DNA of 64,000 nt from an uncultured Thermodesulfobacteriota bacterium (GCA_964621615.1 CAZUMW010000009.1:24802-88801); one strand, 5' to 3'. Positions 9,466 to 18,813 are shown, numbered from the stretch's first letter. Program-made: numbers and translations. Notes: generated by a model from the sequence alone, not told the origin.

Positions 9466-10854
9466 CTATCGGCGGTAGCGCTGTTTCTGATACAGCAGGT
9501 CGTAGCGTATTTGTCCGTCGCTGCTGCCTTGTGCAACACCCTGTACCACTGTCTGTCCGAGGCTTCTGCACCGCGGGTCGCTTCCTGCACCTGATGCGAT
9601 GCTGAGGCCGTCCCGGCAGGTTTCATGGTTCATTATCCGCAGGGCTTTAAGGCGCTGATACGGTGAAAGGGCGCTCATGCTGATTCCGGGAATCTGTTCG
9701 ACGTAGCGCCTGTTGCTGCGGCTGAGCGCCTGTTTTGTCTGTTCGGTTTTGTATTGCTCGATAAGAAGCCGTATCCGGGGATCTTCGGGAATCGATTTGT
9801 CGAGAGCCGTGCAGGAATACCGGACGGTGTTCTTTGCCGAAAGCGCGGTCATTTTTTCCTCGAGAGCGGCCCGCTGTGCCGCCAGGTCCTCTCTGCGTAC
9901 CTCATCGGGCGGGCGCTGCTCCAGCCGCCTGAGCTCGCCGATTTTTTTTTGAAGCGCCTCCCGGGCCGTGTGATCAGCAAAGGGCGCCTCAGGATCGATA
10001 ACATGAAGCCTTAGAACGGCTGCATAATTTCCGCCGGAGCCGGGGGAGGCAAGCACGGTGCCGCTTATCAGCCGGGGCGCTTTATCGCGGGCGGGCCCTG
10101 CGGACCCGAGGATGAAATCAATGCCCGCCACCTGCCGCGCCAGCGCCGCGTTTTTCTGCGGCGGCAGCTGTGACAGCGCGATGATAATGGAGCAGCCTTT
10201 ATCCTTCAGGCGGCCCGCCGCGGTTTCAGCAGCCTCAGGGGGGGGGGCGGCTGTAACGGGACCGGCGCGCGAGGCGCCGGCCTCCCCGGCAGCGGCTATG
10301 CCGAAGATGCCGATTTTCAGCGAGCCTGTTCGCTTTATAACCCAGGGCTCGAAAAGACTTTGATTGGTCTCTTTCTGCCGTACGTTGGCGGAAATGCAGG
10401 CAAGCCCGGGGTCGCTCCCCGCCGCTTTCAGGTATTCGGCAGCAGGCCCGCTGTCTCTGAGGCTCACGTTGACCGCATCCGTTCCCATGAGGGCGAGCGC
10501 GTCAAACACACAGCGGGCGCTGCTGTCGCGGGTGCCGTACGGGAAATCCTCCGGCGGCAGCAGGTTCCCGGCATCAAGCAGCAAAACCGAACCGCTTTTT
10601 GAGCGGTGCTCGTGAGCAAGGGATGCCCGCCGTGCGAGGCCGCCCTGGCTTCTGCACCCGCACCCCCGCGGTTCCAGGGCGCCGCTGGTGTTGCCGGTAA
10701 CGATGATAGTAAGGGAGGCCGGCTCAAAGGGCTTTTTGAGCGCGGTGGGAATGCCGGCGCATGAGGCCGCTGTCAGCAGTGCTGCAATGGCGGCAGCAAT
10801 CACAGCTGTGTGAGCGCCGGCACTATGCAGATAATAATTTTGATTTTCTTTCAT
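9466..10854 (-). CDS. Lipoprotein with UshA/5'-nucleotidase-like N-terminal domain (CGC motif) and an extra C-terminal helical domain
   Basis: Lipobox-like TAASC; TGNTSGALEPRGCGC..GGLARR, LLLDAGN, ISANV, KIGIFGI, GIDFILG. Confidence 0.72.
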   Translation of the reverse strand: MKENQNYYLHSAGAHTAVIAAAIAALLTAASCAGIPTALKKPFEPASLTIIVTGNTSGALEPRGCGCRSQGGLARRASLAHEHRSKSGSVLLLDAGNLLPPEDFPYGTRDSSARCVFDALALMGTDAVNVSLRDSGPAAEYLKAAGSDPGLACISANVRQKETNQSLFEPWVIKRTGSLKIGIFGIAAAGEAGASRAGPVTAAPPPEAAETAAGRLKDKGCSIIIALSQLPPQKNAALARQVAGIDFILGSAGPARDKAPRLISGTVLASPGSGGNYAAVLRLHVIDPEAPFADHTAREALQKKIGELRRLEQRPPDEVRREDLAAQRAALEEKMTALSAKNTVRYSCTALDKSIPEDPRIRLLIEQYKTEQTKQALSRSNRRYVEQIPGISMSALSPYQRLKALRIMNHETCRDGLSIASGAGSDPRCRSLGQTVVQGVAQGSSDGQIRYDLLYQKQRYRR

Positions 10855-10927
10855 ATCATAACATGATACCATAATTTAATTATAAATAAAGATCAAACTG
10901 GAAGCTGCTTTCGCTTCAGGGGCACAT

Positions 10928-11761
10928 ATGCAAAAGACCGGAACAGGGTGCAGCGCCGTAAAAGCCGGGCTGCTTGTGATGGACCGCTTTCGACCGGCCG
11001 CGCCCGCGGCTGCTTCGGCGATCTGCCTGCTTGTGCTGCTGTGCGCGCATGCGCCTGCTGCAGCCGGGGAGAGCTTCCCCCGCCCCCGAGGGCCGGTTAA
11101 CGATTTTGCCGGTGTCATATCGCCCCGGATCGAAGCCGCCATGGAGAATCTCTCCCGGGAAGTCCTTCGCAAGACAGGTGCTGCGGTGGTGGTTGCCGCC
11201 GTTGACACGGTGGGCGACAGCGATCCGGCTCTGTATGTCAATGAGCTGTATGAGGCATGGGGTATCGGCAAAAAAGGCGAGGATAAAGGGGTGCTTATAC
11301 TCCTTGCGCTGAAAGAGCGGGCGGTGCGCATCGAAAACGGATACGGCGTCGAAGGGACCCTGCCCGACGGGCTTGCGGGAAGCATACTTGACCGCTATTG
11401 CGTGCCGTACCTCAAGCAGGAGCAATACGGCAAGGGGCTTTTTAATGCTATGGCGGCGGTAAGCGGCGTGATCGCCAAGGACGCGGGCGTCACTATCGGC
11501 CAGGGCGTGCCCCGGCAGCAGCAGCGCACGGCCGCGCGACGCTCAGGCGGGTCCATTATACCGCTTATCGTTGTAGCTTTTTTCTTTTTGTCTCTTTTTT
11601 CGCGGCGGGGGCGCGGTCTTCTGCCCCTTGTGCTTCTTATGGGCATGTCCGGGCGCGGCGGGCTGAGCGGCGGCGGCTTCGGCAGCGGCGGGTTCAGCGG
11701 CGGGTTCGGGGGGTTCGGCGGCGGGCTGAGCGGCGGCGGCGGAGCCGGCAGAAGCTTTTGA
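10928..11761 (+). CDS. TPM domain (DUF477) membrane protein with Gly-rich tail
   Basis: VNDFAGVI, WGIGKKGEDKGVLIL, RIENGYGVEGTLPD and a GGF-repeat tail ending GGGGAGRSF. The true start may be ATG 10979. Confidence 0.92.
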   Translation: MQKTGTGCSAVKAGLLVMDRFRPAAPAAASAICLLVLLCAHAPAAAGESFPRPRGPVNDFAGVISPRIEAAMENLSREVLRKTGAAVVVAAVDTVGDSDPALYVNELYEAWGIGKKGEDKGVLILLALKERAVRIENGYGVEGTLPDGLAGSILDRYCVPYLKQEQYGKGLFNAMAAVSGVIAKDAGVTIGQGVPRQQQRTAARRSGGSIIPLIVVAFFFLSLFSRRGRGLLPLVLLMGMSGRGGLSGGGFGSGGFSGGFGGFGGGLSGGGGAGRSF

Positions 11762-11913
11762 CCGGAATCGTTTCGCGCATGCCCCGCACGGCAGTGCGCG
11801 GCCAAGCGCAATGTATATCAATAAATCAGTGCCGATTATTTTTCAGAAGAGCACGGCGTTGAAATTATTTTTTTGGACGCTGCTGCTGTAACCAATTAAA
11901 GGAGCCATGAGCG

Positions 11914-12654
11914 ATGGCAAAAAGGCCGCACAAGCCCGAGCTGATCTTCGGCGATTTTGTCCACGACTTCAAAGAGCTTCTGGGGCAGGAGCTGCTCAGC
12001 GTTATTGTCTATGGCAGCGCCGCCCGGGGAGAGTACGTTGCCGGAAAGTCCGATATTAACTTTATGGTGATACTGGCAGAGGATGCCATAGATCGCCCGG
12101 CGCGCATGATGCCGCTGATAAAAAAATGGCACAAGCGCTCGGTAAGCACGCCGCTTTTTCTGACCAAAGGATACATTTCGTCATCTCTTGATTCATTCCC
12201 CATAGAGTTTTTGAATTTCAAGTCAGCCTACCGGCTGATCTACGGCGAGGATGTGCTGCAGGATCTGCAGTTTGACAGCAGCCTGCTCCGCCTGCAGTGC
12301 GAGCGCGAGCTCAAGGGCAAGCTGCTGCAGCTGCGGGAGCGCTTTCTTGAAACCGAGGGCAGGCGGGGCCGCATCGAAGAGCTGATTCGTGTGTCGCTCA
12401 CCACGTTTTTATCAATCTTCAGGGCGGTCGTGTTCCTCGAGGGCAGCGAGCCCCCCGGCAATAACAATGAGCTCATCGCTGCCGTGTCCCGCTGTGCGGG
12501 CCTTGACAGCGAGCTGTTTGCTTATCTTGCCGAAATCAGACAGCGGACGCGCACGCTTGATAAAGCAGGCGCTGCCGGGATCATGGAGCGCTACATCGGG
12601 CAGGTGCGAAAGCTGGCGCAGCATATCGACCGCTGTGAGGAGGGCCGGGCCTGA
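11914..12654 (+). CDS. Nucleotidyltransferase-domain protein
   Basis: VYGSAARGEY..SDINF motif, DSFPIEFL and LRLQCERELKGK; lies between the TPM and LemA genes. Confidence 0.82.
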   Translation: MAKRPHKPELIFGDFVHDFKELLGQELLSVIVYGSAARGEYVAGKSDINFMVILAEDAIDRPARMMPLIKKWHKRSVSTPLFLTKGYISSSLDSFPIEFLNFKSAYRLIYGEDVLQDLQFDSSLLRLQCERELKGKLLQLRERFLETEGRRGRIEELIRVSLTTFLSIFRAVVFLEGSEPPGNNNELIAAVSRCAGLDSELFAYLAEIRQRTRTLDKAGAAGIMERYIGQVRKLAQHIDRCEEGRA

Positions 12655-12741
12655 CCGGTGCTGATGAGCTGGGCTGCTTTTTATATCTAATGGGTTGAAA
12701 CGCTATTTTGCTTTATGCACTTTCGATCGGAGGCAACGGGT

Positions 12742-13308
12742 ATGAGAAAAAAATATTCCTCGCCAGCGCTTTTCTGCGCGGCGCTGTACTGTCTTTGTGC
12801 GCTGTCGGGATGCGGCACCTACAACCGCCTCGTGACCCTTGATGAAGAGGTCAGCGAGTCCTGGGCACAGGTTGAAAACCAGCTGCAGCGCCGGATGGAT
12901 TTAGTGCCCAATCTTGTGGAGACGGTCAAGGGGTATGCAAAGCACGAAAGAGAGGTTTTTACCGAGGTTGCCGAGGCGCGCTCAAAGGTTGCCGGGGCGG
13001 GGTCAATCCCGGAAAAAATAAACGCAAACAGGCAGCTGTCCTCTGCGCTCAGCAGGCTGCTGCTTGTGGTTGAGCGCTATCCCCAGCTGAAGGCAAACGC
13101 CTCCTTTGTCCGGCTTCAGGATGAGCTTGCCGGCACGGAGAACCGCATCGCCGTTGCCCGCCGGCGGTACAATGAAGCGGTGAAGCGCTATAACGTCGCC
13201 ACCAGGAAGTTTCCGTCAAACATGATTGCCTCCGCATTCGATTTTGAAAAGGCTGAATTCTACAAGGCTCCCGAGCAGGCGAAAAGCGCCCCGAAGGTGT
13301 CATTTTAG
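12742..13308 (+). CDS. lemA: LemA family protein
   Basis: SGCGTYN, WAQVENQLQRRMDLVPNLVETVKGYA, YPQLKAN, LQDELAGTENRIAVARRRYN; RBS GGAGG. Confidence 0.93.
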   Translation: MRKKYSSPALFCAALYCLCALSGCGTYNRLVTLDEEVSESWAQVENQLQRRMDLVPNLVETVKGYAKHEREVFTEVAEARSKVAGAGSIPEKINANRQLSSALSRLLLVVERYPQLKANASFVRLQDELAGTENRIAVARRRYNEAVKRYNVATRKFPSNMIASAFDFEKAEFYKAPEQAKSAPKVSF

Positions 13309-13319
13309 CAGGCGGGGCT

Positions 13320-14996
13320 ATGCCGGATACAGAAAAACCGCTGTGGAGGCACGTGCCGCGATCCATGTTTAAAACCTATGTATGTAACGAGGCGGCCTGG
13401 ACAGTGCGCGACGGCTTTGACGCTTCGCTTCTCGACAGCCTGCCTGCCCGCCTTGCACGCTATGAAAAGCACCCTGAGCTTGCGCTGGTAAAGGACAATA
13501 ATGTGCGGAGCGTTTTTTCCTGCAGCCCATCCGGCCCGGCAGAAAAAGCGCTGTTTATCAAGCGCTATAAGTGCCGGGGGCTGTCCGACCGGCTTAAGCA
13601 CCTTGTGGTGCCTTCAAAGGCGCGCTCTGAGTGGAAGGCGCTGCTGCGCTTCGAGCAGAGCCGGCTTCCCTGCCCCCGTGCCCAGGCCTTTATGGAAAAG
13701 CGAGCTCTGGGCCTTCTTCGTGAAAGCTGCCTTATTACCGAGTCGCTTGCGCCGGCAGTGGAGCTCAATGACCGTGCCGCCGCGCCGGCGGCATCCCCCG
13801 CGGAAAAAAGAGACATCATAGTATTGCTCGCCGATATGGTTCGCGCGCTTCACGGGCACAATATTTTTTACCGAGATCTTCATGCAGGAAATATTTTGAT
13901 GCGGCGCTCTGAATCCGGCGCTCCCCGCCTGTTTTTCATCGATTTGCACCGCGCGGTTTTTTTGCCCCGGATTTTTGGCTGGATGCGCACGCGCGATCTT
14001 GCGCAGCTGTGCAATTCGCTGGGCGGCACCATGGCGCAGCGATTGCTGTTTTTGCAGCGCTACAGCGGGGCTGATTCGTGCAGGGATAAGCCGTGTCAGG
14101 GCCTGTGGCGCGCGGTCGGGCATAAAGCAGCCGCGCTCGAGCGCCGGCGCATACTAAGCCGCAGCAAGCGGTGCGTAAAAAACAGCTCGGTTTTTGAGTG
14201 CGAGCGATCATTTAAAGAGCGCTACTGCGGGCGGAAGGATTTCGGCAGGGACGCTGCGCGCGCAGCGCTGGCGGCGCATAAATCCCGCCTGAGCAAAAAA
14301 GACAGCATCAAATCGTCTTCAAAATCTGCTCTGACATGCCACGGCGAACATGAAAGCGGCCCGCTGTGCGTGAAAGAGTACCGGTACCTCGGGGCGGCCT
14401 ATATGATTAAAAACCTGTTCCGGCGGTCGCGCGCCATGAAAAGCTGGCTGGCGGCGCACGGGCTGATCGTCAGAGGCATCAGCACGCCGCAGCCGCTTGC
14501 GCTTGTTGAGCGGCGCCTGGGCCCTCTGGTGGTTGAAAGCTTTCTTGTTACCAGGTGGCTGCCGGATGCTCCGGCGTTGAACGATTATATCAGGAGCCGG
14601 GTCAGCGCCTTTTCGCCGGGCAAAAGAAAATCGTTTATCAGGTCACTTTCCCGCAGCCTCGGGACGCTGCACCGGCAGGGGATCTATCATGCCGATTTGA
14701 AGTCAAACAACATCCTTGTTGAAGATCGGGGCCGGGGCGGCGGCTGGACGTTCTACTTCATCGATCTTGACCGCGTTCGCTTCGCGCGGCAGGTAACCGA
14801 TTATCAGCGCATCAACAATCTGGCGCAGATCAACGCTTCAGTGGCAAGCGTGATGACGGTCAGGGAGCGGCTGCTGTTTTTCCGCCTGTATGCGGCGGAA
14901 GAGCCTTTTTTCGCCGAGCGCAAACACTGGTATCGCCTGATTATGCATATCGGCAGGCACAAAGTAACCGAGCCGTACGGGGTGCGCTTTCACTAG
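13320..14996 (+). CDS. Lipopolysaccharide kinase (Kdo/WaaP/InaA family) with two kinase domains
   Basis: Two HxD/RD..N..D cores: YRDLHAGNIL..FIDL and HADLKSNNIL..FIDL. Confidence 0.85.
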   Translation: MPDTEKPLWRHVPRSMFKTYVCNEAAWTVRDGFDASLLDSLPARLARYEKHPELALVKDNNVRSVFSCSPSGPAEKALFIKRYKCRGLSDRLKHLVVPSKARSEWKALLRFEQSRLPCPRAQAFMEKRALGLLRESCLITESLAPAVELNDRAAAPAASPAEKRDIIVLLADMVRALHGHNIFYRDLHAGNILMRRSESGAPRLFFIDLHRAVFLPRIFGWMRTRDLAQLCNSLGGTMAQRLLFLQRYSGADSCRDKPCQGLWRAVGHKAAALERRRILSRSKRCVKNSSVFECERSFKERYCGRKDFGRDAARAALAAHKSRLSKKDSIKSSSKSALTCHGEHESGPLCVKEYRYLGAAYMIKNLFRRSRAMKSWLAAHGLIVRGISTPQPLALVERRLGPLVVESFLVTRWLPDAPALNDYIRSRVSAFSPGKRKSFIRSLSRSLGTLHRQGIYHADLKSNNILVEDRGRGGGWTFYFIDLDRVRFARQVTDYQRINNLAQINASVASVMTVRERLLFFRLYAAEEPFFAERKHWYRLIMHIGRHKVTEPYGVRFH

Positions 14997-15020
14997 GGCC
15001 TGAATCTATTTTTTGCCGCA

Positions 15021-15320
15021 TCAGGCGATGCAGTCATATTGCTGTATGTCGGGCGGGGCTTCCAGAAGCTCGTCCATCTGCCCCAACGCGTTTTTTATAT
15101 GTTCGGAGGAGAGGTGCTTTTGCAGCGCCTGCTCATTCTCCCACTGCTCGACAAAAGTAAACTCCTCCGGGGCCTGGCGGTTATTGAGAAGATAATAAGC
15201 GATACAGCCCGCCTCATTGCGGGTTGGCCCGATAAGAGCGCTGAGCGCGGCTTTGAGCGTATCGGCTTTATCTTTCCGGGCCTTCATTCGTGCGATAACA
15301 TGAACGCTGCGTGTCTGCAT
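15021..15320 (-). CDS. Antibiotic biosynthesis monooxygenase (putative quinol monooxygenase)
   Basis: TRNEAGCIAYYL, FTFVEQWENEQALQKHLSSEH. Confidence 0.88.
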   Translation of the reverse strand: MQTRSVHVIARMKARKDKADTLKAALSALIGPTRNEAGCIAYYLLNNRQAPEEFTFVEQWENEQALQKHLSSEHIKNALGQMDELLEAPPDIQQYDCIA

Positions 15321-15460
15321 GAGAATCCTCCCTGAGTGTGTCTGTGATATGAAATAAATAATACCCTTTCCCGGCCGGCGGGGACGTTTAGTGTATCATG
15401 GTTTTTGCCCGGAGTGAACGGGTATCTGCCGGGCGGCCACCCCCTGATATGGAGGTCATA

Positions 15461-16612
15461 ATGAAAATCCTGCACCTGTACAGCAACTGGAAATGGACCG
15501 GGCCTGCCGAACATGCTCTTAATCTGGCGCGCAGCTTTCAGCGGGCAGGCCATGATGTAACATTCTGCTGCTCCCCGCCGCCGGAAGGCGTTCCTGACTC
15601 GATTGTCGATGCCGCCCGCCGGTCGGGGATTGAGCCGCTTGCTGAATTCAGATTGAACAAACATTTTAACCTGTCGGACAATATGAAGGATATCCGCCCG
15701 CTGTGGTCTTTTCTGCGCCGCGAAAAGTTCGATATTATCCACTGCCATCTGCCCAATGATCATGCTCTTGCGGGCGCGGCTCTCCGGCTCAATCCGGCCC
15801 GGTCAGCGCTTGTCAGGTCCTGCTATGAGGGCAGCGGCATGCCAGGGGGGCTGCGGTTCCTGATGTCGCTGATGCTGCTTACCGACGGCCTGATCACCAT
15901 ATCGGAGCGAACGCGCTCCCAGGTTGTCCGCAGGCGCTGTATCGGGGCGCACAAGGTCTGGAAGGTGGATGTGCCGGTTGACCTTGAGCGGTTTAACCGT
16001 GCCTCCGTGCAGGGCGGGCGCGCCGTCTATTGCCTGTCTGAGGATGCTGTAGTCGGAGGTATCGTTGCACGCGTGCAGACGCACCGGCGCTTTGAGGTGC
16101 TGCTCGAGGCCCTGCAATATGTGATTCGTGAATTTCCCGGATTCAGGTTTATGATAATCGGCCGGGGCACCCATATTGAGGATATCGCCATCAGGCCCTC
16201 ACAGAAAATGGGCATACGCAGCAACCTCATTTTTACCGGATATAAAAAAGAGGACTTTATTTCCACCCTGTCATGCCTTGATTTCAAGGTGTTTCTGGTG
16301 CCCGGATCGGACGGCTCGTGCAGGGCGGTGCGGGAGGCTATGGCAATGGGAATACCGGTCATCGCCGCCGACCGCGGCATGCTTGCAGAGATAGTCGATC
16401 ACGGCAAAAGCGGACTGGTGATTGATGATACGCCCGAGAAGCTGGCCGAGGCCATTATGTATATGGTTGAGCATCCAGAAAAGCGCCGGGAGATGGGAGC
16501 CGGCGCACGTGAAAAAGCACGCTCACTTTTCAGCCCCGCTGTGCAGGCCGAGCGGGTTGAGCAGATATATGAGCATGTCATGAAAAAAAAACAAAAGAAG
16601 GCGGGGAAGTAG
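15461..16612 (+). CDS. Glycosyltransferase family 4
   Basis: MKILHL, DIIHCH, EAMAMGIPVIAADRG..EIV; RBS GGAGG. Confidence 0.9.
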   Translation: MKILHLYSNWKWTGPAEHALNLARSFQRAGHDVTFCCSPPPEGVPDSIVDAARRSGIEPLAEFRLNKHFNLSDNMKDIRPLWSFLRREKFDIIHCHLPNDHALAGAALRLNPARSALVRSCYEGSGMPGGLRFLMSLMLLTDGLITISERTRSQVVRRRCIGAHKVWKVDVPVDLERFNRASVQGGRAVYCLSEDAVVGGIVARVQTHRRFEVLLEALQYVIREFPGFRFMIIGRGTHIEDIAIRPSQKMGIRSNLIFTGYKKEDFISTLSCLDFKVFLVPGSDGSCRAVREAMAMGIPVIAADRGMLAEIVDHGKSGLVIDDTPEKLAEAIMYMVEHPEKRREMGAGAREKARSLFSPAVQAERVEQIYEHVMKKKQKKAGK

Positions 16613-16634
16613 CACTCCGGTGAGCCGGGCGGGC

Positions 16635-16982
16635 TTATTGCTTGTCTGCCTTTTTGTCTTTCTTTTTCTTCTTTTTGCCGCTTTCCTGCTGCGAGGCCTG
16701 CTCTTTTTGCTTTGCTTTCTTTTTTGCGCCGGCCTGTTTTTTCTCTTCTGCGCGCTGCTGCTTTTTCTGTGCGGCTTTGGCAACAACCTGCTCGCGCTCA
16801 TCGATTGAAGCAATCGCCTTTTGTGTTCTTCTCAGCTCCGCCTGGAAATGCTTCAGCACTTTATCTTTTTTTATGTCGCTGCCCTCTGTGCCTCTTTGGG
16901 TGAGAATGCTGCGCCGCTGTTTGATCATCTGCTGGTACTCTTCCCTTTGCCGCAACCGGGTCTCTTTCTGGTTTGATCCCAT
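16635..16982 (-). CDS. Hypothetical, highly basic Lys/Gln-rich protein
   Basis: RBS AGGAG upstream; coiled-coil-like with a KKKKKK tail. Confidence 0.7.
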   Translation of the reverse strand: MGSNQKETRLRQREEYQQMIKQRRSILTQRGTEGSDIKKDKVLKHFQAELRRTQKAIASIDEREQVVAKAAQKKQQRAEEKKQAGAKKKAKQKEQASQQESGKKKKKKDKKADKQ

Positions 16983-17230
16983 GTGAGTGCTCCTTTTTGT
17001 GTCCAAAAGTGTTATATGAACTGCATATCAGGCTGAAGCAGCTTGAAAAAAGCAGCATACATTGTAATAAAGTTTTTCATTTTATGCAAGCATATTACGC
17101 ACCGGCGCGGCGATAATTTTTCAATGCGCGCGCTTTGCTGAGGATAAAAGGGCTGCGGACACGCCCGATATGCAGCTGTGTGAATACGCACGGGGCGGCT
17201 TTCTTGACACGCGGCTTGCTGCACGCCGTG

Positions 17231-17741
17231 TCAGAGCCTGGTTTTAACCGCATCAGGGTGCGGATGTGCTTTTATCTCACTAAGCGCCGCCTGCAGATCA
17301 TCGTCCGGCAATGCGAAATTTTTCAGCTCGCCTGCCATATACTTTTCGTACCCCGACAAATCAAGCAGGCCGTGCCCGCTGTTTGTACCACGCCTGGGCG
17401 ACAGCTGAGTTCGGCTTGTGGCTGCCAGCGGGGCTCACGCTTTCATCTTTGAAATAGATCCGGGCCGGGGTTTTTAAATGTTTTTCCAGATACACAGCCC
17501 GGCGCAGGGGGCTCGGCCGCCACCGGTACAGCATACCGATAATATCCTCAGGTATGTCAATCCACCGCTGCGTGCTGACTTCCTGCTCGATGAGGTTCAT
17601 CGGGAAAATCTGCGCAAGCGCATCGGGGGTGACCGGATTGCCGTCTGCATCAACAGGAGGCAGGGCTTTTAAGTCGGCTCCCAGGTTATACCACTGGCGC
17701 GGTATGTCATGCTCAGGCAACTGGATCTTTATATCTGCCAT
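17231..17741 (-). pseudogene. trpB2: TrpB2 (TrpB-like PLP enzyme) with a large internal deletion and frameshift
   Basis: N-terminus IPRQWYNL..IYFKDESVSPAGSHKPNSAVAQAWY is joined at about 17381-17384, in another frame, to the C-terminus SGHGLLDLSGYEKYMAGEL..stop at 17231. Confidence 0.85.
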
Positions 17742-17986
17742 TGTAAACGATCTCATTTTTGTTTACGTGTAGCCATTGTTAAAGTGATTAATATACTCCA
17801 AACTGCATTAATGCACAAGAGCAATGATTTTCATGTTCACAGATGCAGCATATGTGTGCAATAATACCTGCATTCGCCGCTTTCCGGTGACAGCGCCGGA
17901 CGGTTCCAGAGACAAAATATCAGCCCGGCCTGACCGGGCGGCACCTGAATACGCCAATACGCACATGGATTGCCGGAGATCGCCGC

Positions 17987-18547
17987 ATGAACAAACTTCG
18001 CTTTCGCCCCATGGAGCAGGGGGATATCGATCATATCGCCCGATGGATTAATGATGAGCAGGTGTTTAAACATCTCTACATGCTGTGGCACCCGATGCCC
18101 GCTGAGGCGCTCCGTGCGTGGTATGAACAGGAAAGAGCTGCCAGCGCACACATGTTTGTATTCTTTGCCGGGGAAGGCGGCCGTGAGCCTGCGGGCATGG
18201 GCCTGGTGCATTATATCCATGAAAAGAACCGGTGCGCGGAGCTCTCGCTCATTATAAACCCGGCTTTTTTCAACCAGGGGCTCGGCACGCACATATTAGC
18301 CATGCTGACCCGCTACAGCTTCGATGTGCTGAACCTGCATAAGATTTTTGTCCACTGTGTCGAGTATAACCGGAAGATGATTTCGATTCTCGCAAAAACA
18401 GGATTTGTCCGGGAGGGTGTGTTCAGAAAGGAGCTTTTTTTCAGCGGGCAGTATCACGATATATACCGGTACGGGTGTTTGCAATCCGAATATTATGACA
18501 AGAGCCATTCTGAAAAAAGCGGTAAAAAAACACACAATACAACGTAA
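17987..18547 (+). CDS. GNAT N-acetyltransferase (RimJ/RimL type)
   Basis: LRFRPME, NQGLGT, FDVLNLHKI, GFVREGVFRK. Confidence 0.88.
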   Translation: MNKLRFRPMEQGDIDHIARWINDEQVFKHLYMLWHPMPAEALRAWYEQERAASAHMFVFFAGEGGREPAGMGLVHYIHEKNRCAELSLIINPAFFNQGLGTHILAMLTRYSFDVLNLHKIFVHCVEYNRKMISILAKTGFVREGVFRKELFFSGQYHDIYRYGCLQSEYYDKSHSEKSGKKTHNTT

Positions 18548-18548
18548 A

Positions 18549-18577
18549 AGGCAGCCGGGCTAAAAACCCGGCTGCCT
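18549..18577. terminator. Hairpin terminator between convergent units
   Basis: AGGCAGCCGGG-CTAAAAA-CCCGGCTGCCT, an 11-bp stem right after the GNAT stop. Confidence 0.7.
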
Positions 18578-18593
18578 CGGGGAAAATTTATTC

Positions 18594-18734
18594 TTAATAT
18601 TTTTTTTGCTTTTCTTTGTGTTGCTCCTCCTCCATCTGCTTCATCTGTTTGCTGCCGCTTTGTTCTTCCCAGTACGGGCTGACGCCGAAGAATTTGTACG
18701 TTGAAGCAGCATAATCTGGAAGAGCTGACGTCAC
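18594..18734 (-). pseudogene. Orphan 3' gene remnant resembling the C-terminus of PRC-barrel proteins
   Basis: Reads LPDYAASTYKFFGVSPYWEEQSGSKQMKQMEEEQHKEKQKKY-stop; no RBS, and only about 20 bp separate it from the upstream terminator. Confidence 0.5.
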
Positions 18735-18756
18735 CCCGGGGGTAGGCTTTTTTTAC

Positions 18757-18790
18757 AAAAAAGGCGGAGCCCCCTTTAAAGCGGCTCCGC
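18757..18790 (-). terminator. Rho-independent terminator of the beta-propeller gene
   Basis: GCGGAGCC-N11-GGCTCCGC followed by C and T6 on the minus strand. Confidence 0.8.
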
Positions 18791-18813
18791 TCTGTTTATG
18801 CAGCCGGTAGCGT

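Noticed and set aside
11640-11760. GGC-rich tandem repeat
   Set aside because: It encodes the normal Gly-rich tail of TPM-domain proteins.
17070-17105. Sigma54 promoter (GG-N10-GC) upstream of the basic protein gene
   Set aside because: Four mismatches to TGGCACG-N4-TTGC; too weak.
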